From a virus, in IMG/VR virus record IMGVR_UViG_3300050821_006235, positions 22,078-86,077 of that record: a stretch of DNA of 64,000 bases. One strand, given 5' to 3'. Positions 28,249-38,411 of this stretch are shown one piece after another; within the stretch, counting starts at the first letter, position 1; each line of letters starts with the position of its first letter. Below the pieces are notes generated by a model that ran no database searches, had not been told where the DNA came from, and saw only the letters and a program-made list of their open reading frames with translations. Made by a program: the position numbers and the translations under genes.

Positions 28249-28688
28249 CGGCGGGTGCCTCCGATCGTGGCGATGTGGGCGACCTGGACGGCGCCGCAGG
28301 GCAGCACACCAACGGGCAGGCGGACGGTGACGACCTGCGCCACCGGGCACCCGGCTGGGGGCGGGCTGGGGCTCGGGCGGGGATGCGGCGCCAGGGAAGG
28401 CGACGGGGCAGGCTGCGGATGTGTGATGCGGATGACCCGCTGCACCACCAGCGCACCCGGAGGGACACCACCAGACCGGGCGGGAGGGGCTGGGCTCGCA
28501 GACGCCGGCGCGGCCGTCGGCGACACGACCGGCTGAGCAGTGCGGCGCGATAGTGCACCCACCTGGTGGCGGAGGGAGTCACGTTCGTGGACGAGTCCGG
28601 CGATCGAAGAGGCGGCAAGGTACGCGCCTGCGACCGGGACCGCCGCTGCGGCGACGATCGCGACATCCCGCACCCACCTGGCCTTCAT
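28245..28688 (-). CDS. TM plus Pro-rich protein (lysis accessory?)
   Basis: N-terminal TM, coupled start. Confidence 0.6.
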   Translation of the reverse strand: MKARWVRDVAIVAAAAVPVAGAYLAASSIAGLVHERDSLRHQVGALSRRTAQPVVSPTAAPASASPAPPARSGGVPPGALVVQRVIRITHPQPAPSPSLAPHPRPSPSPPPAGCPVAQVVTVRLPVGVLPCGAVQVAHIATIGGTRR

Positions 28689-29041
28689 CAGTGGCCGCCC
28701 TTCAGCCATGCGCTGACAGCCGCGACAGCGAGCGCCGCCAGGAACGTCCCGATCGAGGTGAGGAGCGCCATCCGTGACGTCTGCCGCGCCGAATGCGCTT
28801 CGGTAGCGGCCCGTTCCCGGTCCGTCTCGCCCTGCTTCTCCAGGCGCGCGATCCGCTCAGACTGTGCGGTCTGCTCGGCGTGGTACACCTCGCGGAGCAC
28901 GTACTGCTGCATCTGCGCGATGAGTGTCTGGATCGCTGCGGAGTGCTGGGTTTGCATGTCCCGCAGGTCGGAGACCAGGTCTTTGTGGTTGCGTTCGATG
29001 AGTTGGTGCAACTCGCGGGGGCTTGGCTGCTCATCGCCCAC
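28688..29041 (-). CDS. Coiled-coil protein with C-terminal TM (holin-like)
   Basis: YVLREVYHAE..RIARLE; C-terminal TM; follows tail gene. Confidence 0.65.
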   Translation of the reverse strand: MGDEQPSPRELHQLIERNHKDLVSDLRDMQTQHSAAIQTLIAQMQQYVLREVYHAEQTAQSERIARLEKQGETDRERAATEAHSARQTSRMALLTSIGTFLAALAVAAVSAWLKGGH

Positions 29042-29095
29042 GGCACTCCCTAGCTTGAGGTCCAGTGGGCGGTGAGGGTGCGGTGATCGGTCGGG

Positions 29096-32026
29096 TCAGA
29101 CCGGGGCGGGTGCCAAGGTGAGGGTGGTCTGCCACACGTCCGGGGCGACGCCGTGCTTGATGTCGAGCACCACGCACGGAATGGTGATCGCCGGGGCACC
29201 GATGGGCCGCCGTTTGAACGTGACCAAGTCACCAACTTCTACCCCGAGCACGAACGTGAAGGTGTTACCCGTTTGGTCTTTCGCCGGGTCCAGCAAGACG
29301 GTGCTGACACGCTTACGCGGATTGGCGTACTGGGCCAGGTAGTAGTTCATCACGTTGGCGGTGTCGGCATCATCGGCGAAACTGACTGTTTTACCCAGCG
29401 TGCGCAGACCGTACTTGGCTATGGAGCTCTGGTTACTGACAGCAATTGAAGTCGTGGCTACAATTACATTTTGGTTGTAGGGACTGGAAGTCACACGTCC
29501 GCCGTTGTCGACCTGAACCCGGTTGTACAGATATGTGGGATCAAAGTCAATTTGGAGGCTTCCAGAATCCCCGACATAGGGAATCTCGCCCAGGTCTGGG
29601 CGATCTCCCAGTATCGCTTTGACCGTCTGGTTAAGGGCGTTGCTTCTGGTGCGAAATTGCAGTTGTCCAGCGGCGTCTGCGAACAGCTTGCCAGCGTTGA
29701 AATCCGCGATCTGAACGATCTGCTCAGCGACGGTGCTCTGGGTCAGCTCGAAACCGGCGTTGACAGCACCGACCCCGTTGATGATTCTTGTGCCTTTCCA
29801 CCCGGCTATAGCCAGCTTGCGGTCGATCACAAGGTTCTGAGGTGCAGCAGCGCCGCTAGGGAGGGCCATTTGCCCAACTATCATCGAGGTGAAAATATCG
29901 TACAACTCACCGACAGTAAGCATCCGTGGCATGATGGCAATGTGTGCGTGGACAGCGTTCCATGTGTGGCCGCCTGTGCCATAGGAATCGACCGTGCCAC
30001 CAATGTCGATCCGGTCAAAGTTGGTGACCAGGTTACAGGTACCTGAGTGGACCAATGCACCATTGAGGTAGAGATTGTACGTCGTCTGGTTGAACGTCAC
30101 GGCCCAGGTACCAAAGGCGGGGGGCATGGTAAAGGTAGTGCCGCTGCTGAGCGTATCGGTAACAAGGGTTCCGGTGACCTTGTCCCATTTGTTGATAGCG
30201 GGGTAACCGATGCCTCCGTTGACAATCTGCACCTCAAGTGTTCTGCCATGAAACCCTGGCCCCGTGGCGTTGCTTATCGCGAACACCGTAGGTCTTACGG
30301 TCGCATTCCACAGGTTTCCACTTGCACCGCCAGGGTCGAGGAGGTTATAAACCCCGCATATCGTGACGCCATTAGTGATGGACGGGAAAGTCGTGTCGTT
30401 GGCGACGAGCGCGAATCCGTGGTTCGTGTAGTCAGCTGCGGTCAGCCCGGTCTGGCTCCAGCCGGAACCTGGGTCCCCCAGAATGCTGGACGTACTGCCG
30501 AATGATGTAAAACCCTGAGTGGAGGCTCCGAATGTAGCACTCCCACTCCCGGCACCAGCTGCCGACATCTGTTGAGTGAGTACCTGTGTCCCGATTCCAG
30601 AGGAATTCTGGGCGACACTGTTCCCCGACGCGTCACTCAGTGTCCAGTACGAATGTGGGGCAGAACGGAGAATGACACCCTGAAGAGGTGTGTAGTCCTT
30701 AGACGTCAGGGTGGCGATCACGTCGATGCCGATGGCCGTGGAGTCACCCCAGTGAGGGTCGGTCCACACCTGCGGCCACCGTTCGATCCACCCGACACAG
30801 ACGGGATACTGCTTGCCCATCCACGTCGCGACGATCCGGAACGGCAAGTAGATGTCGATAGCGATACCGGCGTACTTGTCACCAGTAGCGGTAGACACCA
30901 GCGCATTACCGTTACCGTCTGCCCGGGTAAACGTCACGGTGCTCGTCCCGCCGACCGTGCTGATACCGGTCACCTGGAACACCGTGAATTCCTTCAGCGC
31001 ACCACCCGAGGTGGTCAGCTGGAAGTAGTCAGTGACAGTCATCGTCGCTGAGTCGGTGCTGGAGCACACGAACGTGCTGGTCGTGCCGTTCGCCGTAGCC
31101 GTACCGGCTCCGGCCGCGCGCGGCGACAGCGCCCCGTCGTCGTTTCGCAATCTCAGATCAGTCGGCGAGGACTGGACCGAGCCCAACTCGAACTGGATGC
31201 CGCGCTCGTGACCGAACTCAGTCAACCGGTTCGGGATCGACGTCCAGGTGATCATCGGCGGAGGCGTAGACAAGTTGTACCCGAGACCGAGCTGGAAATC
31301 GACCACAGGCCAGCTGGGGTTGGTCTGCGTCGGACCCACTCCGGTGACCCGGATAGAAACCGCGACACCCGCCCAGTTGGCAGCGGCTCCGAGGGTATAC
31401 GAGACAGTCTGAGCGGTAGCTGACTCCATCCATATGGCACTTGTGGTTATTTGAGGTGTGAATCCGTAGATCCCGTTGGCGAACGTCCAGCCCCCACTCG
31501 CAGTAACCGTCGCGTTGGCGACGTCCGTGGTCACCGCCGCCACCATCAGGCAATCCGCGCCACCTGCGGGTGTAGGCAGCGTCATCGAGAAACTCGTAGT
31601 GTTGTTAGCAGTAGCCACTGCCACGGCATCCACCGTGAGGTAACCGTTGGTCATACCGGCGATCTCAAAGATGCTCATGTAGACGGTGGCGGTGTCCGTC
31701 GAGAGAAATTGTTGGATGGCGCCGTACAGGCTCACATTGGGCCACCCGGTGTACACAATCTTCGGGCACGCCCATATCTGCGTGTGCAGAAAGGAGTTCG
31801 GGTGCTTCACGCTCGCCTGTGTCGTGGCGCTGTACAACAGCGTCCACATGTTTCGCGACCAGTCACCTACCGTCGCTGTCGGTGCGTCCGCGTTTATCGC
31901 ATGCCAGTGCAGTGAGACGATCACCCAGTTGCCGGTGGCCGGGGTGATGTTGATCTCGCAATCTACCGGAGCAGCATATCCATTGGCGGAATAGCCGTTC
32001 CAGGCGTGAGGCATCGAAAGCGCCAT
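29096..32026 (-). CDS. Large minor tail/baseplate protein with LamG-like region
   Basis: Directly downstream of tape measure; LRNDDGALSP, YWTLSD and GKLFADAAGQLQF motifs. Confidence 0.8.
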   Translation of the reverse strand: MALSMPHAWNGYSANGYAAPVDCEINITPATGNWVIVSLHWHAINADAPTATVGDWSRNMWTLLYSATTQASVKHPNSFLHTQIWACPKIVYTGWPNVSLYGAIQQFLSTDTATVYMSIFEIAGMTNGYLTVDAVAVATANNTTSFSMTLPTPAGGADCLMVAAVTTDVANATVTASGGWTFANGIYGFTPQITTSAIWMESATAQTVSYTLGAAANWAGVAVSIRVTGVGPTQTNPSWPVVDFQLGLGYNLSTPPPMITWTSIPNRLTEFGHERGIQFELGSVQSSPTDLRLRNDDGALSPRAAGAGTATANGTTSTFVCSSTDSATMTVTDYFQLTTSGGALKEFTVFQVTGISTVGGTSTVTFTRADGNGNALVSTATGDKYAGIAIDIYLPFRIVATWMGKQYPVCVGWIERWPQVWTDPHWGDSTAIGIDVIATLTSKDYTPLQGVILRSAPHSYWTLSDASGNSVAQNSSGIGTQVLTQQMSAAGAGSGSATFGASTQGFTSFGSTSSILGDPGSGWSQTGLTAADYTNHGFALVANDTTFPSITNGVTICGVYNLLDPGGASGNLWNATVRPTVFAISNATGPGFHGRTLEVQIVNGGIGYPAINKWDKVTGTLVTDTLSSGTTFTMPPAFGTWAVTFNQTTYNLYLNGALVHSGTCNLVTNFDRIDIGGTVDSYGTGGHTWNAVHAHIAIMPRMLTVGELYDIFTSMIVGQMALPSGAAAPQNLVIDRKLAIAGWKGTRIINGVGAVNAGFELTQSTVAEQIVQIADFNAGKLFADAAGQLQFRTRSNALNQTVKAILGDRPDLGEIPYVGDSGSLQIDFDPTYLYNRVQVDNGGRVTSSPYNQNVIVATTSIAVSNQSSIAKYGLRTLGKTVSFADDADTANVMNYYLAQYANPRKRVSTVLLDPAKDQTGNTFTFVLGVEVGDLVTFKRRPIGAPAITIPCVVLDIKHGVAPDVWQTTLTLAPAPV

Positions 32027-35000
32027 CAGCGACCGACCGGGAGCGAGTAGCGGTTGTTGGAGTTGCGCAAGTTCATTCGCAACACCGCCTCTTGGATGCC
32101 GCGTTCGAGGTCGCGTTGCGCGAGCACGCTGCCTTGGTTGTGGACGTGGACGACGACGACCGTGTTTCCGCCACCACCGCCACCGCTTGCCCGTGTGACG
32201 GGTGTGGTGGTGAACGCGTCAACCCCGGTACCGCCGCCGGGTGAGGTGATGTTCGCGATCATCTCCCTGGACAGGACGTACTCGCCGCCGTGCAGAATCG
32301 CCGCAATCGGAGCACCGTCTTGCCCGGGGACGGGGCCGCCCTCAGCGAACCCCAGCATGTGCGTGATGCTGCTGACGCCGCCCGTCACGCCGTTGATCAT
32401 GTGGCCGATGCCGCCGAAGATCGACGAGATCTTGTCCCCGACCCACTGGGCGGCTTTCACGAGGTCATTGAAGATGGTGTGGATGAAATCCCAGGTACCG
32501 GAGATCGCCGAGCCGATCCCGTCGAACGCCGGTTTGATCGCGTTCTTCCACAGCCAGGAGAAGACCGCACCGACCGCGTGCGCGGCCGGTTCAACAATGG
32601 TGTGCCACCACCACATGATGATGCCGGCGAGCATGCGGTAGCCGCCGACGATCCAATCGAACGCCGGTTTGATCGCGTTGTTCCACAACCACATGGCGAC
32701 CGCGCCGACAAATTTCGATGCGGTCACGATCGCGTCGAACGTCGGCTTGATCACGGAGTGGTACGCCCACGACACGATCGCGCCGATGCCCTTGAAAGCG
32801 GGTTCGATGAGCTGGCGGTACGCCGTCACAATGACCGCGCCGAGCAGCTTCATGACCGCCAGCCACAGGTTGAACAGCGGCTTGACGAAGTTCCAGCACC
32901 AGGTCGCCGCTGCGGCAATGCCGTGCCACACGGCTTCAATTGCGTGCCACAACCACATGGCCACAGCGACGACCGCGTGCCAGGCGGCCATGATCCCGCG
33001 CCAGACGGCCTCCATCGCGTGCCACAACCACATGGCACCCGCGGAGATGCCGTGCCACACGGCTTCCATCGCATGCCAGAGCCACAGTGCCCCGGCGACG
33101 ATGCCGCGCCAGACGGCCTCCATGGCGTGCCACAACCAGATTCCGCCTGCGGCGAGGGCGTGCCAGGTCGCGATCATCGCGTCCCGGAAACCCTTGAAAT
33201 GGTTCCAGGCGTACATGACCCCGACCACGAGCAACGCCACCCCCGCGATGATCGCGAGAATGGGCCACGTGGCCGCGATGGTCGCAGCAGCGGCGCTGAT
33301 CATAGAAATGGTGTACGCCGCTACGGCCGCGACGAGGACGACACCTACAGCTATCGCCAGCGCCTTGACCACACCCTCGTGCTTGGACATCCAGTTCATC
33401 GCCGTCATGAGCGGGGGGATCAGCACGTTCCCGACGGTGATCGCCACAGCGTGGAATGCCGACTTGAGCTGGTCGATCTTGAAAGACAGGGTCTGCTGTA
33501 CATCGGCGAAGCCCTTGACCGCCGTGCCGCCCTTGTTCCATGCCGCGCTTGTGGCGGCAATGTTCGCCGTCGTCTCTGGCAGGTTCCCGTTGAGCAACTG
33601 CATTGCCGCGCGGTAGGCGTTAGTACTGCCCAACATCTTGGTCATGGCGGTGGCATAGGATTGTGTGATCGGCGAGCCGGACTTCAACAGATCAGAGAAC
33701 CCGGACGCGCGCTTCTGCATGGTGGCCCACTGCAACCCCAGGTTGGAGGAGACCGGCCCCAGGGCCTTGGCCGCCTTGGCGTAATCCGCCCAGGTTATCG
33801 AGCCACTCTTGACCTCAGAGGCCAACTTCTGAATGTCGGGGGGCAACGCTTTGAAAGCAACATTGGCGTCGTTGGCAGCCGTCTTCGACTTGTTGAGCGT
33901 GTCGACCAGGATGTAACCGCCCTTGGTGTGGGACGCAATGGCGGCTGTCAGCATGGAGAAGGTCCCCATGAGGCCGTTCTTACCCAGGTCGTGTTCCAGG
34001 ACCGTGGAGGACAACCCGAGCCGGTCCATCTCCTTAACGGCCTGGAGGTTGTGAATGGACATACCCCGGATCACAGCCGTGAGGTCATCCACCGCGCCGT
34101 GTGCCGTCGCACCGTGCTGAGTCAGGGTTGCCATGGCGCCAGACAGTTCACCAAAAGTGATTCCGGCCTTTTGGGCGATAGGCGAAACTGTCCCGATGGC
34201 GGCGGCGAAGTCCGCCATGGTCATCTTGCCGCGCCCAACCGCAACGGTCATGGTGTTCATAACCCGGGCGGCCTCGGCGGGCTGGACGTTAAAGTCCCGC
34301 ATCACCGTGGTGAGTGCGTTGGTCACATCGGCGAGCGGGGCCTGCTCGGCGCGGGCACCTTGCGCCGCGACCTTGAGAACATTCAACCCGTCCGCGCCGT
34401 GATACGCGCCCTTGGCAATCCCGTACCCGGACGACTCGACCATGTACATACCGGCGGTCAATTGCGTGGTCGCCGTGCCCGTGTCCACGGACATCTTGAG
34501 GATCTCGTCCGACGCGGTCTTGAGATTGCCGGTGAGCTTGCCGCCGATAACGGAGCCGGTCTCCCCCGCCGACGTCCCGAGCTTGACGATCTGGGATTGG
34601 TATTTCGCGGCGGAGTCCACGCCGTACACGGCGAAGGCGGCGGCACCGATCAGGGTGTCCTTGCCCAGCTTGTTAATAGCACTGCCGACCTTGCCCAGTG
34701 CCGCCGACTGACGACCAGCAGCCGCTTCCGCCCCGGAAGCCTTGGAAACGGCTGTGGTCTGCTCGGCGGCCAGCAGCCGCTCCGCGACGGCCGTTTTGCC
34801 CATTGTGTCCCCGAGGACCCGTTGGGCGTCGGCCGACGCCAGGGACGCGTCCTTCACGAGGTTCTGCTGGACGGCGAGGTCCGCGGCCATCTCGGCTTCC
34901 AGCTTGGCGGCGTCGGCCGCCATCTTCTCGGCGTCCCCGAGCGCCGTCTGAGCGGCGGCAGCGGCGCCCGCATCAACACCGGCCCCGCCGATCGCCGCAC

Positions 35001-35169
35001 CACCAGAGGCCGCGGCGAGAGACGCCTCCATGCCCTTGGACTGGGCGGCTACGGCGTCGATCGTGGCTGCGAGACGCTCCAACGCGGCGATCTCAAGGTC
35101 GATCCCGGCGACCGCACCGGCGGAGTCCACGAGGAACTGCTGCGTAGCCGGCGGCAAGAGTTCCGCCAT
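32026..35169 (-). CDS. Tail tape measure protein
   Basis: 1047 aa, Ala-rich, TP901-like core, 11-aa Trp repeats, FAEGGPV..LHGGEYVL. Confidence 0.92.
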   Translation of the reverse strand: MAELLPPATQQFLVDSAGAVAGIDLEIAALERLAATIDAVAAQSKGMEASLAAASGGAAIGGAGVDAGAAAAAQTALGDAEKMAADAAKLEAEMAADLAVQQNLVKDASLASADAQRVLGDTMGKTAVAERLLAAEQTTAVSKASGAEAAAGRQSAALGKVGSAINKLGKDTLIGAAAFAVYGVDSAAKYQSQIVKLGTSAGETGSVIGGKLTGNLKTASDEILKMSVDTGTATTQLTAGMYMVESSGYGIAKGAYHGADGLNVLKVAAQGARAEQAPLADVTNALTTVMRDFNVQPAEAARVMNTMTVAVGRGKMTMADFAAAIGTVSPIAQKAGITFGELSGAMATLTQHGATAHGAVDDLTAVIRGMSIHNLQAVKEMDRLGLSSTVLEHDLGKNGLMGTFSMLTAAIASHTKGGYILVDTLNKSKTAANDANVAFKALPPDIQKLASEVKSGSITWADYAKAAKALGPVSSNLGLQWATMQKRASGFSDLLKSGSPITQSYATAMTKMLGSTNAYRAAMQLLNGNLPETTANIAATSAAWNKGGTAVKGFADVQQTLSFKIDQLKSAFHAVAITVGNVLIPPLMTAMNWMSKHEGVVKALAIAVGVVLVAAVAAYTISMISAAAATIAATWPILAIIAGVALLVVGVMYAWNHFKGFRDAMIATWHALAAGGIWLWHAMEAVWRGIVAGALWLWHAMEAVWHGISAGAMWLWHAMEAVWRGIMAAWHAVVAVAMWLWHAIEAVWHGIAAAATWCWNFVKPLFNLWLAVMKLLGAVIVTAYRQLIEPAFKGIGAIVSWAYHSVIKPTFDAIVTASKFVGAVAMWLWNNAIKPAFDWIVGGYRMLAGIIMWWWHTIVEPAAHAVGAVFSWLWKNAIKPAFDGIGSAISGTWDFIHTIFNDLVKAAQWVGDKISSIFGGIGHMINGVTGGVSSITHMLGFAEGGPVPGQDGAPIAAILHGGEYVLSREMIANITSPGGGTGVDAFTTTPVTRASGGGGGGNTVVVVHVHNQGSVLAQRDLERGIQEAVLRMNLRNSNNRYSLPVGR

Positions 35170-35244
35170 GGCGCACCCCCGCCCCGTGAGAATCTGTCAG
35201 CGGATCGGCGTACCGTTCACGCGGCGCAGGCCGATACTCCGGGC

Positions 35245-35727
35245 ATGGAAGCAAAAGGGCGCAACGGGCAGATCGACTTCGATGGCCAGTGGGTCACCAT
35301 CACCCGGCGCGGTTTCGTCGCCAGGGCGACCGTGGGTAAGGGCGACAAACGAATCCACGTGTCGTCGCTCGGCGCGGTCGGCTGGAAACCGGCCGGGCCG
35401 ATCGTGAACGGGTTCATCACGTTCTCGGTGCCGGGCAGCACCGCGGTCCGGTCCCGGTCCGGAAACCGAACCAACCAGCATGTCCGTGACGAGAACTCGG
35501 TGCTGTTCACCTGGCAGCAGCGGAAGGCGTTCGAGGACATCCGGGCCGCCATCGAGCAGGCGCTGCACGCCTCCCGGACCGGGCAGGCAGCGCCAGCCCC
35601 GCCGCCGCCCGTTGCGCCGGCCGACGCGCGCGCCCAGTTGCAGCAGCTCCAGGGGCTGCACGCGCAAGGGCTGATCAGCGACGCCGAGTACCAGGCGAAG
35701 CGTGCCGAGGTGCTGCGCCGCATCTGA
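35245..35727 (+). CDS. DUF4429-like plus SHOCT protein (moron)
   Basis: GQIDFDGQWVTITR..ENSVLF..GLISDAEYQAKRAEVL; GATACT -10 six nt upstream. Confidence 0.8.
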   Translation: MEAKGRNGQIDFDGQWVTITRRGFVARATVGKGDKRIHVSSLGAVGWKPAGPIVNGFITFSVPGSTAVRSRSGNRTNQHVRDENSVLFTWQQRKAFEDIRAAIEQALHASRTGQAAPAPPPPVAPADARAQLQQLQGLHAQGLISDAEYQAKRAEVLRRI

Positions 35728-35730
35728 CGG

Positions 35731-36171
35731 TCAGATGCCGAGCGCAGCGGTCCACGCCTTCGCGGCCACAGCGGTGAGCGTTCCGGACGACGCGAGTTTC
35801 TCCGTCGCAGGCCGCAGGTACGGTCTGGCCGGGAGGACGGAACCCCGCCCGGCCGTGCCTCCGAGCTCCTGGATCCGCGCGTAGATGACGGTGCCGCCGA
35901 CCGTCGCCAAATACCGTGCCGGCCCTGCTGAGATGGCCGGGGTCGCGACGATGGAACGGCGCAACGTCCCCGTGACGAGCGATGGAGGATCGCCGGGCCG
36001 TGACGGTGTGGGTGTACCCGCCGGGTGGGAGGTGCGGGTCAGCTCCAGTTGGGTGGCTTTGAGTGCGGTCAGCGACATGGCGGTGACCGCCGCACGCGGA
36101 GCCACCGTTGCGGCGCGGGCACGGATCACCTTCAGCCGTGCGACGACATCGACGGCGGCGTTCGCGGACAT
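35731..36171 (-). CDS. HK97 gp10-like tail completion protein
   Basis: TGTLRRSI..YARIQELGG..PARPYLRPA. Confidence 0.8.
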   Translation of the reverse strand: MSANAAVDVVARLKVIRARAATVAPRAAVTAMSLTALKATQLELTRTSHPAGTPTPSRPGDPPSLVTGTLRRSIVATPAISAGPARYLATVGGTVIYARIQELGGTAGRGSVLPARPYLRPATEKLASSGTLTAVAAKAWTAALGI

Positions 36172-36174
36172 CGC

Positions 36175-36788
36175 TCACCACCCTCCGTTGAAGCGTGGCC
36201 CGTCCTGCTCGGTCTGCTTAGACGACTGCGCGGCTTTGCGTTTCTCCTCGGCCACGTAGTCGTGTGCGGCGGCCAAACCGGGAGCCCACCGGACGAATTC
36301 GAGCGGTTGCTCATCGACCACGGTCGGCGGCATGTTCCACCGCTCAGCGAAGGACAGGTACCAGGCCGTCTCGGTGACTTCGTCTACAGGGATGTCTCCG
36401 AGGTAGGCGGCGTCTCCGCTGAGGATCCATCGGACGAGCCTGCCGCGCTCGTCTTCGACGATTTTCCCGACTTCTCGATCTTTTCGATGAGCGGTTCGAT
36501 CGCCTCCAGCATCGGGTCGAGGTAGTCGAGGTCGAGCCGTTCCAGCACCGGCTCGGCGATGTCGGGGGGTTCGGCGAGGGGGATCGGGTAGTCGGTGAGC
36601 GACCAGGAGGTGATGAGGCGGCGCAGGACGGCGTACCGCTGGCACTCCTGGAGGTCCCCGGCGATCTCCTGGAAACCTCCCTCGGTGTTGACCTTGAACT
36701 TGATGGCGCCCTTGAAGGCCTTCCGGTCGCCACCCTTGACGTTTTCCCGAAGTTCGGCCCAATCGCCGTTGGGAAGCGTTACGCGCAC
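36175..36788 (-). CDS. Tail assembly chaperone G/GT pair (short form 36384-36788; long form via -1 frameshift)
   Basis: Slippery G GGA AAA at 36468-36462; -1 frame open to 36175. Confidence 0.8.
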
Positions 36789-36800
36789 AAGCGCCTACTT

Positions 36801-38033
36801 TCAGTAAGAAGGTACGGAGTTCACGACAGTGATCTTGCAGGGGGAGAACGAGCCGGAGTTGCCCACGTTGGTCGTGTTGGCCATGAGCTTCGCTGTGGTG
36901 TCGTAGCCGAACGTCTCCTTGCCGTCGTTCAACTTGCTGGTGTCGTACGCCGTGACCTGCGCGTCCACCGTGATGCTGGTGCTGTTGGGCCCGGTCGCGA
37001 TGAACTGGGTTTGCGGCTGGGTGTTGTTCAGCAGGTTCAACAACGGCGTCTCCGACGGTGCCGACTCGAACGTCAGCTTCAGGCTGGCCGCGAACCCTCC
37101 CCTGGCGATCACGTACGGGTTCTGGACGCCTTGCACCGTCCACACCGGCGCGATCTTGCGGGCCAAGGTGATCGCCCAGTCGCTCACGTACAGCACCTTC
37201 GTGCCGCCACTCGCCGGACCTCCGATACCGACCGCACCGTTCCAGCCCGCCTGCGCGGGCTGCGTCGACGCCGTGAACACCGGGGTCGTCGCGGCGATCG
37301 ACGACAGCCACCCCTGCCCCTTGGCCTGCCAGGTGAGGAACTGCTGGGCGTTCGCGGTCAGGACCACTTCCGACACGCACGCGGACGCGTACTGCCGGGC
37401 GAACGTGCTTGCGGGCATGCCGGAGATGTCCGTCAGGGTGTGGGTCGGCGGTTGCGCACCGTTCGCGGCACTGTTCAAGAGGCTGAACACGTGCGTGTAG
37501 TTGCCGTTGCCCGCGACCGTGTTGGTCACCGCGACCCCGGTCAGGTGGGTCAGGCGGATCGGTGTTGCCGCCGTCAACGTGATCGTGTTCGTTGCGACAC
37601 TGAGAACCTGCACGATCTCGGCGTTCGAACCGGTATCCACCTGGATCCACTGGTTCGCGGCGAACCCTGTCCCGGCGACCACCGGGACCGTGAACGTACC
37701 GATCGCGAGAGGGCTGGACAGCGTCGAGTTCGGGGTCGTCGCGACACCGGTCGACGTGTAGTCGCCCAGGCAGTTGAGCAAGAAGTGACCGAGCGTGTCC
37801 GCGTATACCGGCCCCTGAATGTCCCAGTCGGTGACGTAGGTGCCAGCCGTGTAGCCGAACTCTTCGGCCATGGACTGACGCCACGACTTATCAATCAGCG
37901 GATTAATCTTGTCTTCGACCGTGAACTTCTCGGCCGGGACACCGATCGTCGGCATCACCGGGGTGCCGACCGCCCCGGCCGCCTCCTTGCCGAGGGCGAT
38001 ACCTCTGCGTGTTACTGGGAAGACAGCGACCAT
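36801..38033 (-). CDS. Major tail tube protein
   Basis: Position before chaperone; GIALGKE..YTHVF; beta-rich. Confidence 0.8.
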   Translation of the reverse strand: MVAVFPVTRRGIALGKEAAGAVGTPVMPTIGVPAEKFTVEDKINPLIDKSWRQSMAEEFGYTAGTYVTDWDIQGPVYADTLGHFLLNCLGDYTSTGVATTPNSTLSSPLAIGTFTVPVVAGTGFAANQWIQVDTGSNAEIVQVLSVATNTITLTAATPIRLTHLTGVAVTNTVAGNGNYTHVFSLLNSAANGAQPPTHTLTDISGMPASTFARQYASACVSEVVLTANAQQFLTWQAKGQGWLSSIAATTPVFTASTQPAQAGWNGAVGIGGPASGGTKVLYVSDWAITLARKIAPVWTVQGVQNPYVIARGGFAASLKLTFESAPSETPLLNLLNNTQPQTQFIATGPNSTSITVDAQVTAYDTSKLNDGKETFGYDTTAKLMANTTNVGNSGSFSPCKITVVNSVPSY

Positions 38034-38299
38034 CAGACAGTCACCGCCTTCGAAGCCTTAGCGGCCTTCTCGATGACCGGCGTGGGCGGTGTCTCGGCGC
38101 TGGCCGGGATCCATGACCCGTCGCCCGGAATGTCCGGCAACGGCTCACCGCCGTGGTCGGCTCCCCCGGCCTTACGGATCTGCACGGGGTCCATGCCGGG
38201 GACGCCGATCAGGGTGGTGGTGGTGCCGTCCGGGGCGACCGCGAGGTACGCGGAGTAGATCCGCTCCTCGGCCTCGGTGTACGCGTAAAGGTCCTGCAC
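38033..38299 (-). CDS. Small structural/hypothetical protein
   Basis: TGATG overlap, RBS GAGG. Confidence 0.6.
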   Translation of the reverse strand: MQDLYAYTEAEERIYSAYLAVAPDGTTTTLIGVPGMDPVQIRKAGGADHGGEPLPDIPGDGSWIPASAETPPTPVIEKAAKASKAVTV

Positions 38300-38411
38300 A
38301 CGGCCTCTTTCTGCCGCGCGAAGGCGACCGGTCGGAACTGCACGAGAAAGGCGCCCATGCGGCGCCGGGCATGCGAAAGGCCCGCACCTCAGCGCGGGCC
38401 GGGAAGAGGCT

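Noticed and set aside
32900-33170. DNA repeats as a diversity-generating retroelement or array
   Set aside because: They encode the ordinary 11-aa Trp periodicity of the tape measure protein; no reverse transcriptase seen
32290-35244. 1145-aa plus-strand ORF upstream part
   Set aside because: Shadow of the tape measure gene; only the part from ATG 35245 looks like a real protein
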